Shown here: positions 1 to 9,850 of the stretch, one piece after another
Layout of the letters: each line of letters opens with the position of its first letter
How positions within the stretch are numbered: position 1 is the stretch's first letter
Virus record (IMG/VR): IMGVR_UViG_3300020045_011785
Coordinates: 7,973-71,972 of that record
DNA from: a virus
Lineage: Duplodnaviria; Caudoviricetes
Length of the DNA stretch: 64,000 nucleotides
Strand: one strand, 5' to 3'
Program-made: the position numbers and the translations under genes
Notes under the pieces: generated by a model
Databases searched by the model: none
Told to the model about the DNA's origin: nothing
Seen by the model: only the letters and a program-made list of their open reading frames with translations

Positions 1-1
1 T

Positions 2-463
2 AGTGTAGTAAGAGCTGAAAAGAAATTATCTCAAGCTAACCGCGATACTTTATACACAAATAAAGTTAACCCAATCGCTACTTTCCCTGGAACTGGAGTT
101 GTAGTTTACGGACAAAAAACATTACAAACTAAAGCAAGCGCTTTGGATCGTGTAAACGTTCGTCGTCTGTTGATTGCTCTTAAGTCTTACATCGGTCAAG
201 TTGCTAATAACTTGGTGTTTGAACAAAACACAATTGCAACTCGTACTAACTTCTTGAACCAAGTTAACCCATACTTAGAATCAGTACAACAACGTCAAGG
301 TTTGTATGCTTTCAAAGTAATCATGGATTCAAGTAACAATACACCTGATGTAATTGATAGAAACCAATTAGTTGGTCAGATCTATATCCAACCTACTAAG
401 ACTGCTGAATTCGTTTATTTGAACTTCAACATCTTACCTACAGGAGCAACTTTCCCAGCATAA
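2..463 (+). CDS. Tail sheath protein, C-terminal part (5' truncated by window edge)
   Basis: Frame is open from base 2 (SVVRAEKKLSQANRDTLYTNKVNPIATFPGTGVVVYGQKTLQ...DRVNVRRLL); typical sheath C-terminus; lies directly before the tube gene. Confidence 0.92.
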   Translation, partial: SVVRAEKKLSQANRDTLYTNKVNPIATFPGTGVVVYGQKTLQTKASALDRVNVRRLLIALKSYIGQVANNLVFEQNTIATRTNFLNQVNPYLESVQQRQGLYAFKVIMDSSNNTPDVIDRNQLVGQIYIQPTKTAEFVYLNFNILPTGATFPA

Positions 464-478
464 TTTTTTAAAAACGGA

Positions 479-487
479 ATATTTATA
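479..487 (+). promoter_or_regulatory. Putative late promoter motif ATATTTATA (tube gene); further copies at 1059, 2078, 4394, 25467, 30880, 31523, 33166, 38874, 51970, 53470, 54939, 56625, 63079
   Basis: Same 9-mer a short distance 5' of starts of structural and homing-endonuclease genes. Confidence 0.65.
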
Positions 488-509
488 ACAAAACAAATAA
501 ATAAATAAA

Positions 510-998
510 ATGGCAGTATTAGATCCAAACGAAATATTTTTCACAGCCTTTGAACCAAAACAGGCCAACCGATTCATCATGTATATTGATGGTATACCAG
601 CGTATGAGATCAAAGGTGTTGGTGCTGTTAACCTGACTCAAGGAGTAGTGAATTTGAACCATATAAACGTACAACGTAACGTAAAAGGTAAAACTACTTG
701 GGGTACTATTCAGTTTACATTATTTGATCCTATCACTCCTTCAGGTGCTCAGGCGGTAATGGAATGGGTACGTTTACACCACGAATCAGTAACTGGACGT
801 GACGGTTATAGCGATTTCTATAAGAAAGACTTAACATTCGACGTATTAGGACCTGTAGGTGATATCGTTTCAGAATGGATTATTAAAGGTGCCTTTATTA
901 CTGAATCTAATTTCGGTGATTACAACTGGGATACCGTTGATACTGCAGTAAACATCACAATGACAGTTCAACCTGATTACTGTATCTTGAATTTCTAA
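510..998 (+). CDS. Tail tube protein (T4 gp19-like)
   Basis: 162 aa, follows sheath; FEPKQANRF, WGTIQFTLFD, EWIIKGAF motifs. Confidence 0.88.
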   Translation: MAVLDPNEIFFTAFEPKQANRFIMYIDGIPAYEIKGVGAVNLTQGVVNLNHINVQRNVKGKTTWGTIQFTLFDPITPSGAQAVMEWVRLHHESVTGRDGYSDFYKKDLTFDVLGPVGDIVSEWIIKGAFITESNFGDYNWDTVDTAVNITMTVQPDYCILNF

Positions 999-1022
999 TT
1001 AAAAATAAAAATAAATCAAAGA

Positions 1023-1052
1023 AAGCTCGCATTTTTTGCGAGCTTCTTTTTT
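1023..1052 (+). terminator. Intrinsic terminator after tube gene
   Basis: AAGCTCGCA/TGCGAGCTT stem followed by a T-run. Confidence 0.8.
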
Positions 1053-1080
1053 CTAGTAATATTTATAACAAAATAAGTTT

Positions 1081-1803
1081 ATGAGCGAATTTAAGTTTCC
1101 GACAGAAGTTGTAGAATTACCATCAAAAGGTTTAATCTATCCTCAAGATCACATTTTAAGAAGCGGTAAGGTTGAAATGAAATACATGACCGCAAAAGAA
1201 GAAGACATTTTATCAAACCAAAACTTTATAGAAAAAGGTATTGTGTTGGATAAATTATTAGAGTCTCTAACTTTAGGGAAATTTAATATTAAAGACTTAC
1301 ACGCTGGAGATAAAAATGCTATTTTCGTAGCGGCTCGTATTTTAGGTTATGGTAAAGATTATGAATTTGTTTATAAAGGCAAAAAATATAATGTTGATTT
1401 GTCTCAAATAGAAAATAAAAACTTTGATAATTCTATTGTAGACGAAAAAGGATACGGTACTTTTACTCTTCCACAAACAGAAAACGTAATTAAATTTAAA
1501 TTCTTAAACGAAACTGATAATAGTAAAGTAGAGGAAGAAATAAAAGGATTTGAAAAAATCAATAAAGATAATTCTCGATCTATTACTACAAAATTGATCT
1601 ATACTATAGTATCAATTAATGGAGATTCAGATAAAACAAATATTAGAGGATTTGTAGAAAACCAATTATTGGCTTCTGACTCTAGGGCTTTAAGAAAATA
1701 CATTAATGATATTTCTCCAGATGTAAATTTAACATTTACTACGGAAAGTGGAGAGGAGGCTGCTTTACCTATCGGGTTAACCTTTTTTTGGCCTGACATC
1801 TGA
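1081..1803 (+). CDS. Tail assembly chaperone / baseplate hub assembly protein (T4 gp26-like)
   Basis: LPSKG...MTAKEEDIL motif; lies between tube and tape measure; ends TFFWPDI. Confidence 0.75.
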   Translation: MSEFKFPTEVVELPSKGLIYPQDHILRSGKVEMKYMTAKEEDILSNQNFIEKGIVLDKLLESLTLGKFNIKDLHAGDKNAIFVAARILGYGKDYEFVYKGKKYNVDLSQIENKNFDNSIVDEKGYGTFTLPQTENVIKFKFLNETDNSKVEEEIKGFEKINKDNSRSITTKLIYTIVSINGDSDKTNIRGFVENQLLASDSRALRKYINDISPDVNLTFTTESGEEAALPIGLTFFWPDI

Positions 1804-2068
1804 TATAATTCCTAAGTACAGGGTTAATTTATTTAACCAAATCCACGAAATTGTTTTTCATGGTAAAGGAGGGTATGATTTCCCTACTATTTATAATATG
1901 CCTATTTGGTTACGTAACTTTACTTTTAATAAATTAAAAGCATGGTACGATGATCAACAACCTAAAAATGGGGATGATAGCTGGACTCAAGGTACAGCAA
2001 AAGAAGAAGCATCTAAAAATAAAAAAGTACAAGTACCTACATATATTACAAAGGCATCTAAAAAATGA
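1781..2068 (+). CDS. Chaperone extension frame (gp51/gpT-like), not in ORF track; reached by frameshift or by internal ATG at 1898
   Basis: 95 open codons after TAA 1778-1780 (PFFGLTSDIIPKYRVNLFNQIHEIVFHGKGGYDFPTIYNMPIWLRNF...KK); only ATG is at 1898. Confidence 0.7.
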   Translation, partial: PFFGLTSDIIPKYRVNLFNQIHEIVFHGKGGYDFPTIYNMPIWLRNFTFNKLKAWYDDQQPKNGDDSWTQGTAKEEASKNKKVQVPTYITKASKK

Positions 2069-2076
2069 TGCCTTTT
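2050..2076 (+). terminator. Hairpin over the stop of the chaperone extension frame
   Basis: AAAGGCATC/GATGCCTTT stem enclosing TGA 2066-2068. Confidence 0.6.
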
Positions 2077-2099
2077 AATATTTATAACAAAATATAATA

Positions 2100-4388
2100 A
2101 TGGCGGATCCTAAAGATATAAAAAATTCAACAAATGAGGCTAAAAATCTAAATTCTACTTTAGAAAGTGCTAAAGAAACATTTGACGAATTAATATTTTC
2201 CGCTCGTGATTTTAGTAATGAGGTAGCTAAATCTGCCAAAGATGTATTTCAAAACTCTGTTCAAGCTTCCGAACAAGCCAAATCATTTAAAACATTAGCT
2301 AGTCTAAGTCGAGATTTTGCTTCCCAAATTGCTGACATATCAGACGGAACAAAATCAATTTCTGATTTAAATAAACTTTTAGTTAAACAAGAAGAAGCTA
2401 AAAAGAAATTTAATATTGAATATCGCCAGGCTTTATCTCAATCTGGAATATCTCAAGAAAAAATCCGATCTATCATTGAGGATCAAGTATCAATATATGA
2501 TGCTTTAAATGATGAATTAGATAACCTTACAGAAGATCAGTTAATTCTTCTTAATTATTACGAAGAACAAACCCAAACATTAATAGACCAAGAAAAAGTT
2601 TTAGGACAAATTGAGGGTAGAGCTAATAATGTAGAAGATGCTTTTGGTGGCGTAGGTAAAGTAGCTGAAGGAGTTGAATCCGCACTTAAAAAAGTAGGAG
2701 CTTCTAAACTTACAGAACGTTTAGGTATATCAGATGCTATAACAAAATCAAGACAGTTTGCCGCTAATCTTACTAAAGGTCAAGAAGGCCCAATTAGTAT
2801 GGGAGCCAAAATAGGCAACCAGTTTAAAGTTTTAGGAAACTTAGCAGGTAATATTGGTGGTAATCTTATTAAGAGCTTAGGTCCTGTTCCTTTAATATTA
2901 GGAGGTATAGTAAAATTAGCTCAATTCTTTGTAGAATCTATGTTTGCTGCTTCTGTTCAAGTAGCAGAATTTCAGCGAGATATGGGTCTTACAGCCGAAG
3001 ATGCTGAGGAATTAAGACAAAGAACATACGATGTTTCACAAAACGCTTCATTACTAGCTGATACTCAAGGTAAAATATTAATTCTTCAAAAACAAATAGT
3101 TGCTGCTCAAAAAGAAGCAAACGCTGCTTTAGGAACTCAAATTGATTTTACTCAAGAATTAGGGAAAGCTGGTCAAGAAATTTTAGTTCAAACCTCTATA
3201 TTAAAAGATAACTTTGGATTAAGCGCAGATTCAATAGGTGAAGTAACTAAAGAATCTCTTAGAACAGGTAAAAGTGTTGAAAATATTACTAAGAAAACTT
3301 TTGGAACAATAGCTGCTGTTGGTTTAGAAAAGAAAGTTTTACTAGATGTTAATAAAATACTAGAAGAAGCTAGTGATATTCAAGGTAATCTTAGATTATC
3401 ATTTAAAGGTAGTACTACAGAATTAGCTAAAGGTGTAGCTCAAGCTAAATTAATGGGTCTTACTTTAAAACAAAATGAAAGTATTGCTCGTAACTTGTTA
3501 AATTTTGAAGATTCCATAGCAGCAGAAATGGAAGCTGAGCTTTTAACAGGTATGGATATTAATCTAGAAAAAGCAAGACAAGCTGCATTAAATGGAGATT
3601 TAGTAGCCGTAGGTCAAGAAATCAATAACCAAGGAATTACCTATAATAAACTTCAGGGAATGAATTTAATCCAAAGAGATGCTATTGCAAAATCTTTAGG
3701 ATTAACTACCGATGAATTAGCTGATACCTTAAAGAAACAAGAAGAATACAACGCTCTTCAAGCTAGAGCTCTTTCAACAGGGGTAAGAATAAATGATATA
3801 GAAAAAAAGAGTTTAAGAGAAATTTTTGAAGAAAATAAAAAAATAGGAAGAAGCGAAGAAGATGTTATTAAAGCTTTAGGTCAAGAATTATATCAAAGAA
3901 AACAAGCAGAAGATGCTCAAACAAGATTTAATAAAGCTTTAGATCAAGCAAAAGAATCCTTTGCTCGATTAGCAGAATCAGGAACAATAGATAAATTTGC
4001 TGATTTTTTAACTAAATTTATAAACAGTGTTAATTCAAAAGGTTTAGCTAGTACTTTATTTTTTGGATTAGATGAACCCGAACCACCAAAACCTGCATCA
4101 ACAGTTAGTAAAACAAATCAAAAACAGATTGATGAGGATAGAGTAATTACCTCCTCTATGGGTGGACTAGATGACTTTATTATGCGTCCAGGCCAACCAC
4201 CCCAAAAGTTTAATAAAGGAGATCTTTTAATTGGTGGTACTAATTTAATGGGTAAAGAAGGAAATAACAGCGAAGTAATTTCTTTACTTAAAGAATTGAT
4301 AACAACTGTTAAACAAGGTGGTAATGTATACTTGGATGGTAATAAAGTAGGTACAGCACTAGCTGTTGCCTCTCATAAAACTCAATAA
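2100..4388 (+). CDS. Tape measure protein
   Basis: 762 aa, helical, Ala/Glu/Lys-rich; follows the chaperone. Confidence 0.85.
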   Translation: MADPKDIKNSTNEAKNLNSTLESAKETFDELIFSARDFSNEVAKSAKDVFQNSVQASEQAKSFKTLASLSRDFASQIADISDGTKSISDLNKLLVKQEEAKKKFNIEYRQALSQSGISQEKIRSIIEDQVSIYDALNDELDNLTEDQLILLNYYEEQTQTLIDQEKVLGQIEGRANNVEDAFGGVGKVAEGVESALKKVGASKLTERLGISDAITKSRQFAANLTKGQEGPISMGAKIGNQFKVLGNLAGNIGGNLIKSLGPVPLILGGIVKLAQFFVESMFAASVQVAEFQRDMGLTAEDAEELRQRTYDVSQNASLLADTQGKILILQKQIVAAQKEANAALGTQIDFTQELGKAGQEILVQTSILKDNFGLSADSIGEVTKESLRTGKSVENITKKTFGTIAAVGLEKKVLLDVNKILEEASDIQGNLRLSFKGSTTELAKGVAQAKLMGLTLKQNESIARNLLNFEDSIAAEMEAELLTGMDINLEKARQAALNGDLVAVGQEINNQGITYNKLQGMNLIQRDAIAKSLGLTTDELADTLKKQEEYNALQARALSTGVRINDIEKKSLREIFEENKKIGRSEEDVIKALGQELYQRKQAEDAQTRFNKALDQAKESFARLAESGTIDKFADFLTKFINSVNSKGLASTLFFGLDEPEPPKPASTVSKTNQKQIDEDRVITSSMGGLDDFIMRPGQPPQKFNKGDLLIGGTNLMGKEGNNSEVISLLKELITTVKQGGNVYLDGNKVGTALAVASHKTQ

Positions 4389-4415
4389 TTTTAATATTTA
4401 TAATAAAATACAACT

Positions 4416-4751
4416 ATGGGACTTTTAGATAAATTAACAACAGGTGGATCAAATCTATCAGCTTATGATGGTACCCAACCCCCAAAATATGATCAAAAAA
4501 CTAATTACCCAACAGATTTAGCTGTTTCTCAATTAGACTTAGATGGCAAAACTCCTAAATCTTATAATCAACAATCTAATTATTTAACTGATTTGGCTGT
4601 TTCTCAATTGGATTTAGATGGTAAACAACCTTTAGCTTACGATCAAAGATCAAACTATGCTACTGATTTAGCTGTTTCACAATTAGATTTAAATGGTTTA
4701 GCACCTAAAGTAAACGGAAAATTACCTTATTTAGATAACTTACCCAAATAA
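4416..4751 (+). CDS. Small tail-module protein with three 25-aa repeats
   Basis: YDQ..NY.TDLAVSQLDL.G x3; late-type motif upstream. Confidence 0.7.
   Translation: MGLLDKLTTGGSNLSAYDGTQPPKYDQKTNYPTDLAVSQLDLDGKTPKSYNQQSNYLTDLAVSQLDLDGKQPLAYDQRSNYATDLAVSQLDLNGLAPKVNGKLPYLDNLPK
4488..4712 (+). repeat. Three tandem in-frame 75-bp repeats
   Basis: Units start at 4488, 4563 and 4638; shared core gatttagctgtttctcaattagacttagatgg. Confidence 0.9.
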
Positions 4752-6505
4752 TGGGCTTAATAAACCTAAAAACTGACCTTAAGTCCCTAAGATATGGGAA
4801 CGACAGGATTGGAGGTGCTAATAGTGGACAACCATATATTACCACAGACATTCCTGATAGGATAGGTCCTTACATAGGTACAACTGATTTTCTTTTAAGA
4901 GGTGGAGTTAATGCTGCAACAGATTCTTTAGAGGATATCAAACGTTTGGGTAAAATGTTTGCTGATACTAAATCACCAAACGGATTACTTTTTATAGCAA
5001 AACAACAGTTGTTGTCCCGTACAGCTGTTCGTACTCAAACAAGTGGTGTTTTAAATGAAGGTGGTTATTCACCATTAAATACATTGGCTGAAGCCGGTCT
5101 AGTAGCGTTTGGTGGTCATTTAAACAAACAAGGCATTAACCCGTTTGCTGAAACAGGAGCTTATTCTAATAACATTAATTTATATGGTGTTAAAGTAAAA
5201 CCATCCCAACCAGTAGAGGAAAATAGATTAACAGAATTACTAAAAGGTTCATATCAAGGAAGATCTATTAACTATGATGGTGATAAAGTAGTTCTTAATA
5301 ATGGAATAAACGTAATGACTTATACTGGTGGTCCTGGCTCTAATTTAGGAGTAGGAAACACAGGTATAAGATATTCTCAAATTTCTCAAACCCCTTTAAC
5401 ATTATCTCCAAGAGCAACAAGTTTTACCACATCACAAAATTCAGTAGGTCAAAACGATTTTGCTTATAGTTCGGAATTGTTAGCAACCCAACCAAAAGCC
5501 ATTGAAGAATTTGGTATTGGTTCACCTAAAGCTCAAGATTTTAGAGCAATATTAAGAAGAAATTTAGAAGGAATAAATAAAGATCGTGCTTTAGAAAGTG
5601 GAGCTACTCCTTATGCCCCTGATTATAGCAGAGCAAATATAGAAAATAGAGTAAATCTAGGAAACCCAGGACAACGTTCAGGTAAAAGTTACGCTGTTTA
5701 TTCAGATGGAGTTACTACACCTGATGGAACACCTTATTATGGTTCAGTGAATACACCATTAGGTTCTTATGCTACTGGTTTGGATAAAATTACATCTATT
5801 CCTGTATACAGAAGTGAAAATGTAATTCAAGATCCATCAGTAAATGATTTAGTTAAATTTAGGATTGCTGTTATAGACAATAATGCTCCTAACTTTAAAA
5901 CATTTATGCACTTTAGAGCATTTTTAGGTCCTATGTCTGACTCATATAGTGCTAACTGGAATTCTTTCCAATACTTAGGTAGAGGTGAAAACTTTTATAC
6001 CTACAGTGGGTTTACTAGACAAATTTCATTATCTTGGACTGTTGCCGCTCAATCAAAAGAAGAGCTAATTCCAATGTATAAAAAACTAAACTACTTAGCA
6101 TCATCCTTAGCACCGGATTACAGTCCTAATGGATTTATGAGAGGTAATTTAGTTCAATTAACTATAGGAGGTTATTTATATGAACAACCTGGATTTATTA
6201 CTAGTTTAACCTATGATATTCAAGAGGATACACCTTGGGAAATTGGAATAGGTGCAATTGGTGGTCAAGACGGTTCAGTTAAAGAAATGCCTCATATTAT
6301 TCGAGTAACAGGATTTAATTTTGTACCAATCCAACAATTTATACCTAGACTTCAAAAGAATGACTTTAGTACAAACGGTGTTAATACTCAAGGAATAGGT
6401 ACTGGAATGACAATAACTGAGGGTCCTGAACGTTTTATCGCTTTGGCTAATGGAACTGATCCCTCTCAAACAAACTATAACAGTATATCTAACCCCACAG
6501 CTTAA
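4751..6505 (+). CDS. Baseplate / tail-tube initiator-like protein
   Basis: C-terminal tube-fold-like segment (FRAFLGPMSDSYSANW...YLGRGE...RQISLSWTV); lies before LysM gene as in contractile systems. Confidence 0.6.
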   Translation: MGLINLKTDLKSLRYGNDRIGGANSGQPYITTDIPDRIGPYIGTTDFLLRGGVNAATDSLEDIKRLGKMFADTKSPNGLLFIAKQQLLSRTAVRTQTSGVLNEGGYSPLNTLAEAGLVAFGGHLNKQGINPFAETGAYSNNINLYGVKVKPSQPVEENRLTELLKGSYQGRSINYDGDKVVLNNGINVMTYTGGPGSNLGVGNTGIRYSQISQTPLTLSPRATSFTTSQNSVGQNDFAYSSELLATQPKAIEEFGIGSPKAQDFRAILRRNLEGINKDRALESGATPYAPDYSRANIENRVNLGNPGQRSGKSYAVYSDGVTTPDGTPYYGSVNTPLGSYATGLDKITSIPVYRSENVIQDPSVNDLVKFRIAVIDNNAPNFKTFMHFRAFLGPMSDSYSANWNSFQYLGRGENFYTYSGFTRQISLSWTVAAQSKEELIPMYKKLNYLASSLAPDYSPNGFMRGNLVQLTIGGYLYEQPGFITSLTYDIQEDTPWEIGIGAIGGQDGSVKEMPHIIRVTGFNFVPIQQFIPRLQKNDFSTNGVNTQGIGTGMTITEGPERFIALANGTDPSQTNYNSISNPTA

Positions 6506-6828
6506 TGAATAGATATCAAAACATACAAAAAGAAAAAATTGATGGTAAGGAGGTATACGTAACTTCTCGTTATCCTGAGGTACCTTTATCTCCAAACGAT
6601 ATTTACGTTTACACTACCCAAGGTGATCGATTTGATGTTTTAGCTCAACAATATTACGGTGATAGTTCTTTATGGTGGGTTATTTCTATAGCAAATACAG
6701 GTAATGCAGGGGCCGGAACATTAGTAAGTTTACCACAAAATAGTTTAGTAATACCTGAGGGAATTCAGATTCGTATTCCTTCAAACTATTCAAACGTTGT
6801 AAGAAATTTTGCTTTAATTAACACATAA
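6505..6828 (+). CDS. LysM-domain baseplate wedge protein
   Basis: TQGDRFDVLAQQYYGDSSLWWVISIAN...IPEGIQIRIP. Confidence 0.85.
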   Translation: MNRYQNIQKEKIDGKEVYVTSRYPEVPLSPNDIYVYTTQGDRFDVLAQQYYGDSSLWWVISIANTGNAGAGTLVSLPQNSLVIPEGIQIRIPSNYSNVVRNFALINT

Positions 6829-6829
6829 T

Positions 6830-9800
6830 ATGGGAAATATAGTAGGAGAAGGTTTTGCTGAATTTGTAAGAGAACAAGTTGTACAAAGACAAAAAATATA
6901 CGGTTCTTTAAATAGAACTAATGAACAATTATCCTATTTAGAAGCAAGAACAGGTTGGGTTAAGTTAATATCATCCGTTAATGTAGAAAAAAACTTAAGA
7001 AATTTAGGATATACAGGAACCCAATTAGCCGAACAATTTGTTTTATTCAACGGAACAACTAATGAATCACCTACAAAAGGAGCATTAGAAACTTATCAAA
7101 GATATGGTATTTGGAATGGTGAAGGATTAAACAACCTTCAACAAAACTCAGTAAACCAACCTTACAACTATTATGCTTATGGTATGGGAGGTACAGAATT
7201 TGGTTCTCGTCCTATGCCTGGTATAATATCAGCAACTATTAAAACTGAAACTAGAGGTTCTATTAAAACAGCAAATATAAACGTTAGAGCAAATAACAGA
7301 TATCAGTTTGATGTTATTGATACTTTATATATGCGTTTAGGTTTTACTATGTTATTGGAATGGGGTAATAGCTCTTATTTTAATAATAAAGGAAATTATG
7401 TAAGCGATAACCCACATAGTTTAGCTGATGCTTTTTTAACCTTAAAGTATAAAACTACCGGACCAAATGGTAGAGAAGTAATTCAAGATGTAAATTACGA
7501 TAACCTATTAAATATTATTCAATCTAAAAGAGAGGCATCAGACGGTAACTATGATGCTGTTTTAGGTAAAGTAGTTAATTTTAGTTGGACTTTTACTAAA
7601 GAAGGAGCATATGACATTAACATTAAAATAATCAGTTTAGGTGATGTAATTGAATCCTTAAAAACAAACATATTACTTCCAGGATCATCAACAAGTAATA
7701 ATGTTAATGACATACAAGATAAAAGTGCCGCACCAACACCTGATATGGTGATAAAAGAATTTGCTAATTCTAATGAAATAGCTAAAGACTTTTTTAAGGC
7801 ACAACAATCATTAGTTAAAGCAAATGTACTATCAAATGGTACTGCTTTTATAGGGGGACAAGCTAACGACAGTACACAATCTGTTGATTATTTTGCTCAA
7901 CACTATAATGGAACTAAAGATGTTCAATATTATGTTAGATTTGGTCGTTTATTAGAATTAATTCAACAAAAAATTATTTTAAGTGTAAATGATCCAAAAA
8001 TTAAATTACTTAAAATAGATAATGATGTAAAATCAAATATCATTTACATAGCACCTCGACAAGTAAGTAATGATCCTCGAATAACTGTTTTTAATAAACA
8101 ATTTAAAGTTGAAAGCGGAAATATTTACTATTTTGCTGGTAATTGTGAACTTTTTATTATTCAAAAAGGCAAGAATTACTATGGTCAAATAATGAACGCT
8201 TACTTTAACATGGTTTGGGTTCTAGAAAAAATGGAATCTTTAAAAGATGGTAGAGGTAAAACATCGTTGTATGATCTTTTAAGTGCTTTATGTCAGGGAT
8301 GGAATGAATCAACAGGTTACTTTAACCAGTTAGAACCTACTATTGACACAGAAACCAATACAGTTAAAATAACAGACCAATTAATACTTCCTGATAAAGA
8401 CGCATTTTTATCAGAACAAATACGTCCAATAACAACCGCAGAGTTTGATATTTACGGTTACTATTATAATGACAGATCAGGTTCTTATGGAACAGGAGCA
8501 TCTCATGCTGGGTTTATTAGAGATTTTAGTTTTAATACAACTATACCTCCAAACCTAGCTACTATGATAACTGTAGGATCTACAAATAACGGTTATGTGA
8601 TTGGTGAAGATGCAACTGCTTTAAGTAGAATGAATGCTGGGTTAAAGGATAGATTAAAATATGATTTAAAACACGAGGACACTATCCAACAAGAACCAAC
8701 TACATCCTCATTACAAACCGATTATTATACTGCTTTAGATTCATTCAACAGATTTGCTTATGGATTATCATCATATAATCTTAAAAATTATCCTAAATGG
8801 GATGTAGCCGCTATTGAGTCTTTTAAATCTCAACAAGCACAATTTTTAGAATACGATCAAGCAAAACAAACTATAGCAGCAAGAAAAACCAATCCAGATG
8901 CTGCTTCACCAAATTCAGGGTTTTTACCATTTGACTTGTCTTTAACTATGGATGGATTGTCGGGAATGAAAGTTTATCAAAAGTTTACTATTGATGCTTC
9001 ATTTTTACCCTCAAATTATCCTGCATCTTTAGAGTTTATTATTAAAGGTATTTCAAACACTATTCAAAACAACCAATGGACTACTACAATAGATTCTATG
9101 GCTGTTCCTAAAAATCCTTATGGTGCTGAAGCAACTGAAGGAACCCTTTCTGCCGCTTCTAGAGCATCTTCTAGAGGAACACAATTATCTTCACTTGATA
9201 GTAAAAAACCTTTAGTTGAAAAAATTATAGCAATAGCTAAAGAATATGGTATAACAGATAAAAACAGAATGACCGCTATCTTAGCTGTTCCGTACGCTGA
9301 AACCAGATTAACTAATATCACAGAATCTTTTAGTTACACCCCAGACAGATTTAGAGAAATTTTTGGTAAACGTGTAAGAAATAGAAAATTAATTAAAAAT
9401 TGGACTAATGCTGAATTGGCTCCCTATTTGTCTTCTCCCGAAAAAACAGCTAATTTTATTTATGGGCCTGAAGGAGGTAACAATGGTGAGGGATACAAGT
9501 ATAGAGGTAGAGGATTTACACAAATTACTTTTAAAAACAACTACAACGCATTCCAAAAATTATTTCCAAAATATAAAATAAATAAAAACATAGTAACTAA
9601 TCCAGACTCTATAACAACAGATGAGGATTTATCTATTAGATTATTGGTTATAGGTAAGATTGAAGGAAGCTTTGGAAAAAAATTATCTCCAAACACCGAT
9701 TATATCAATACTCCTTCAAATATTTTACTAACACAAAACGGAGGAAGCTCAAAACGTTTAGTTCCATTATCCGAATATGATGCCGGAAGACAATGGGTAA

Positions 9801-9850
9801 ATAGTACTCAATGGGTTCAAGATTTGTTTAATAAGTATAATCTGTCATAA
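6830..9850 (+). CDS. Baseplate hub protein with C-terminal GH19 (chitinase/lysozyme-like) domain
   Basis: 1006 aa; hub-like N-terminal part; C-terminal AETR...ESFSY and YKYRGRGFTQIT...NY. Confidence 0.75.
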   Translation: MGNIVGEGFAEFVREQVVQRQKIYGSLNRTNEQLSYLEARTGWVKLISSVNVEKNLRNLGYTGTQLAEQFVLFNGTTNESPTKGALETYQRYGIWNGEGLNNLQQNSVNQPYNYYAYGMGGTEFGSRPMPGIISATIKTETRGSIKTANINVRANNRYQFDVIDTLYMRLGFTMLLEWGNSSYFNNKGNYVSDNPHSLADAFLTLKYKTTGPNGREVIQDVNYDNLLNIIQSKREASDGNYDAVLGKVVNFSWTFTKEGAYDINIKIISLGDVIESLKTNILLPGSSTSNNVNDIQDKSAAPTPDMVIKEFANSNEIAKDFFKAQQSLVKANVLSNGTAFIGGQANDSTQSVDYFAQHYNGTKDVQYYVRFGRLLELIQQKIILSVNDPKIKLLKIDNDVKSNIIYIAPRQVSNDPRITVFNKQFKVESGNIYYFAGNCELFIIQKGKNYYGQIMNAYFNMVWVLEKMESLKDGRGKTSLYDLLSALCQGWNESTGYFNQLEPTIDTETNTVKITDQLILPDKDAFLSEQIRPITTAEFDIYGYYYNDRSGSYGTGASHAGFIRDFSFNTTIPPNLATMITVGSTNNGYVIGEDATALSRMNAGLKDRLKYDLKHEDTIQQEPTTSSLQTDYYTALDSFNRFAYGLSSYNLKNYPKWDVAAIESFKSQQAQFLEYDQAKQTIAARKTNPDAASPNSGFLPFDLSLTMDGLSGMKVYQKFTIDASFLPSNYPASLEFIIKGISNTIQNNQWTTTIDSMAVPKNPYGAEATEGTLSAASRASSRGTQLSSLDSKKPLVEKIIAIAKEYGITDKNRMTAILAVPYAETRLTNITESFSYTPDRFREIFGKRVRNRKLIKNWTNAELAPYLSSPEKTANFIYGPEGGNNGEGYKYRGRGFTQITFKNNYNAFQKLFPKYKINKNIVTNPDSITTDEDLSIRLLVIGKIEGSFGKKLSPNTDYINTPSNILLTQNGGSSKRLVPLSEYDAGRQWVNSTQWVQDLFNKYNLS

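Noticed and set aside
1749-1759. GGAGAGGAGG as an SD-like frameshift stimulator
   Set aside because: About 24 nt from the slip site, explained by Gly-Glu-Glu codons, and the inferred host makes little use of SD pairing.
1782-1796. Classical -1 frameshift at the T-run (P2-like)
   Set aside because: The -1 frame reaches TGA at 1794-1796 almost immediately.
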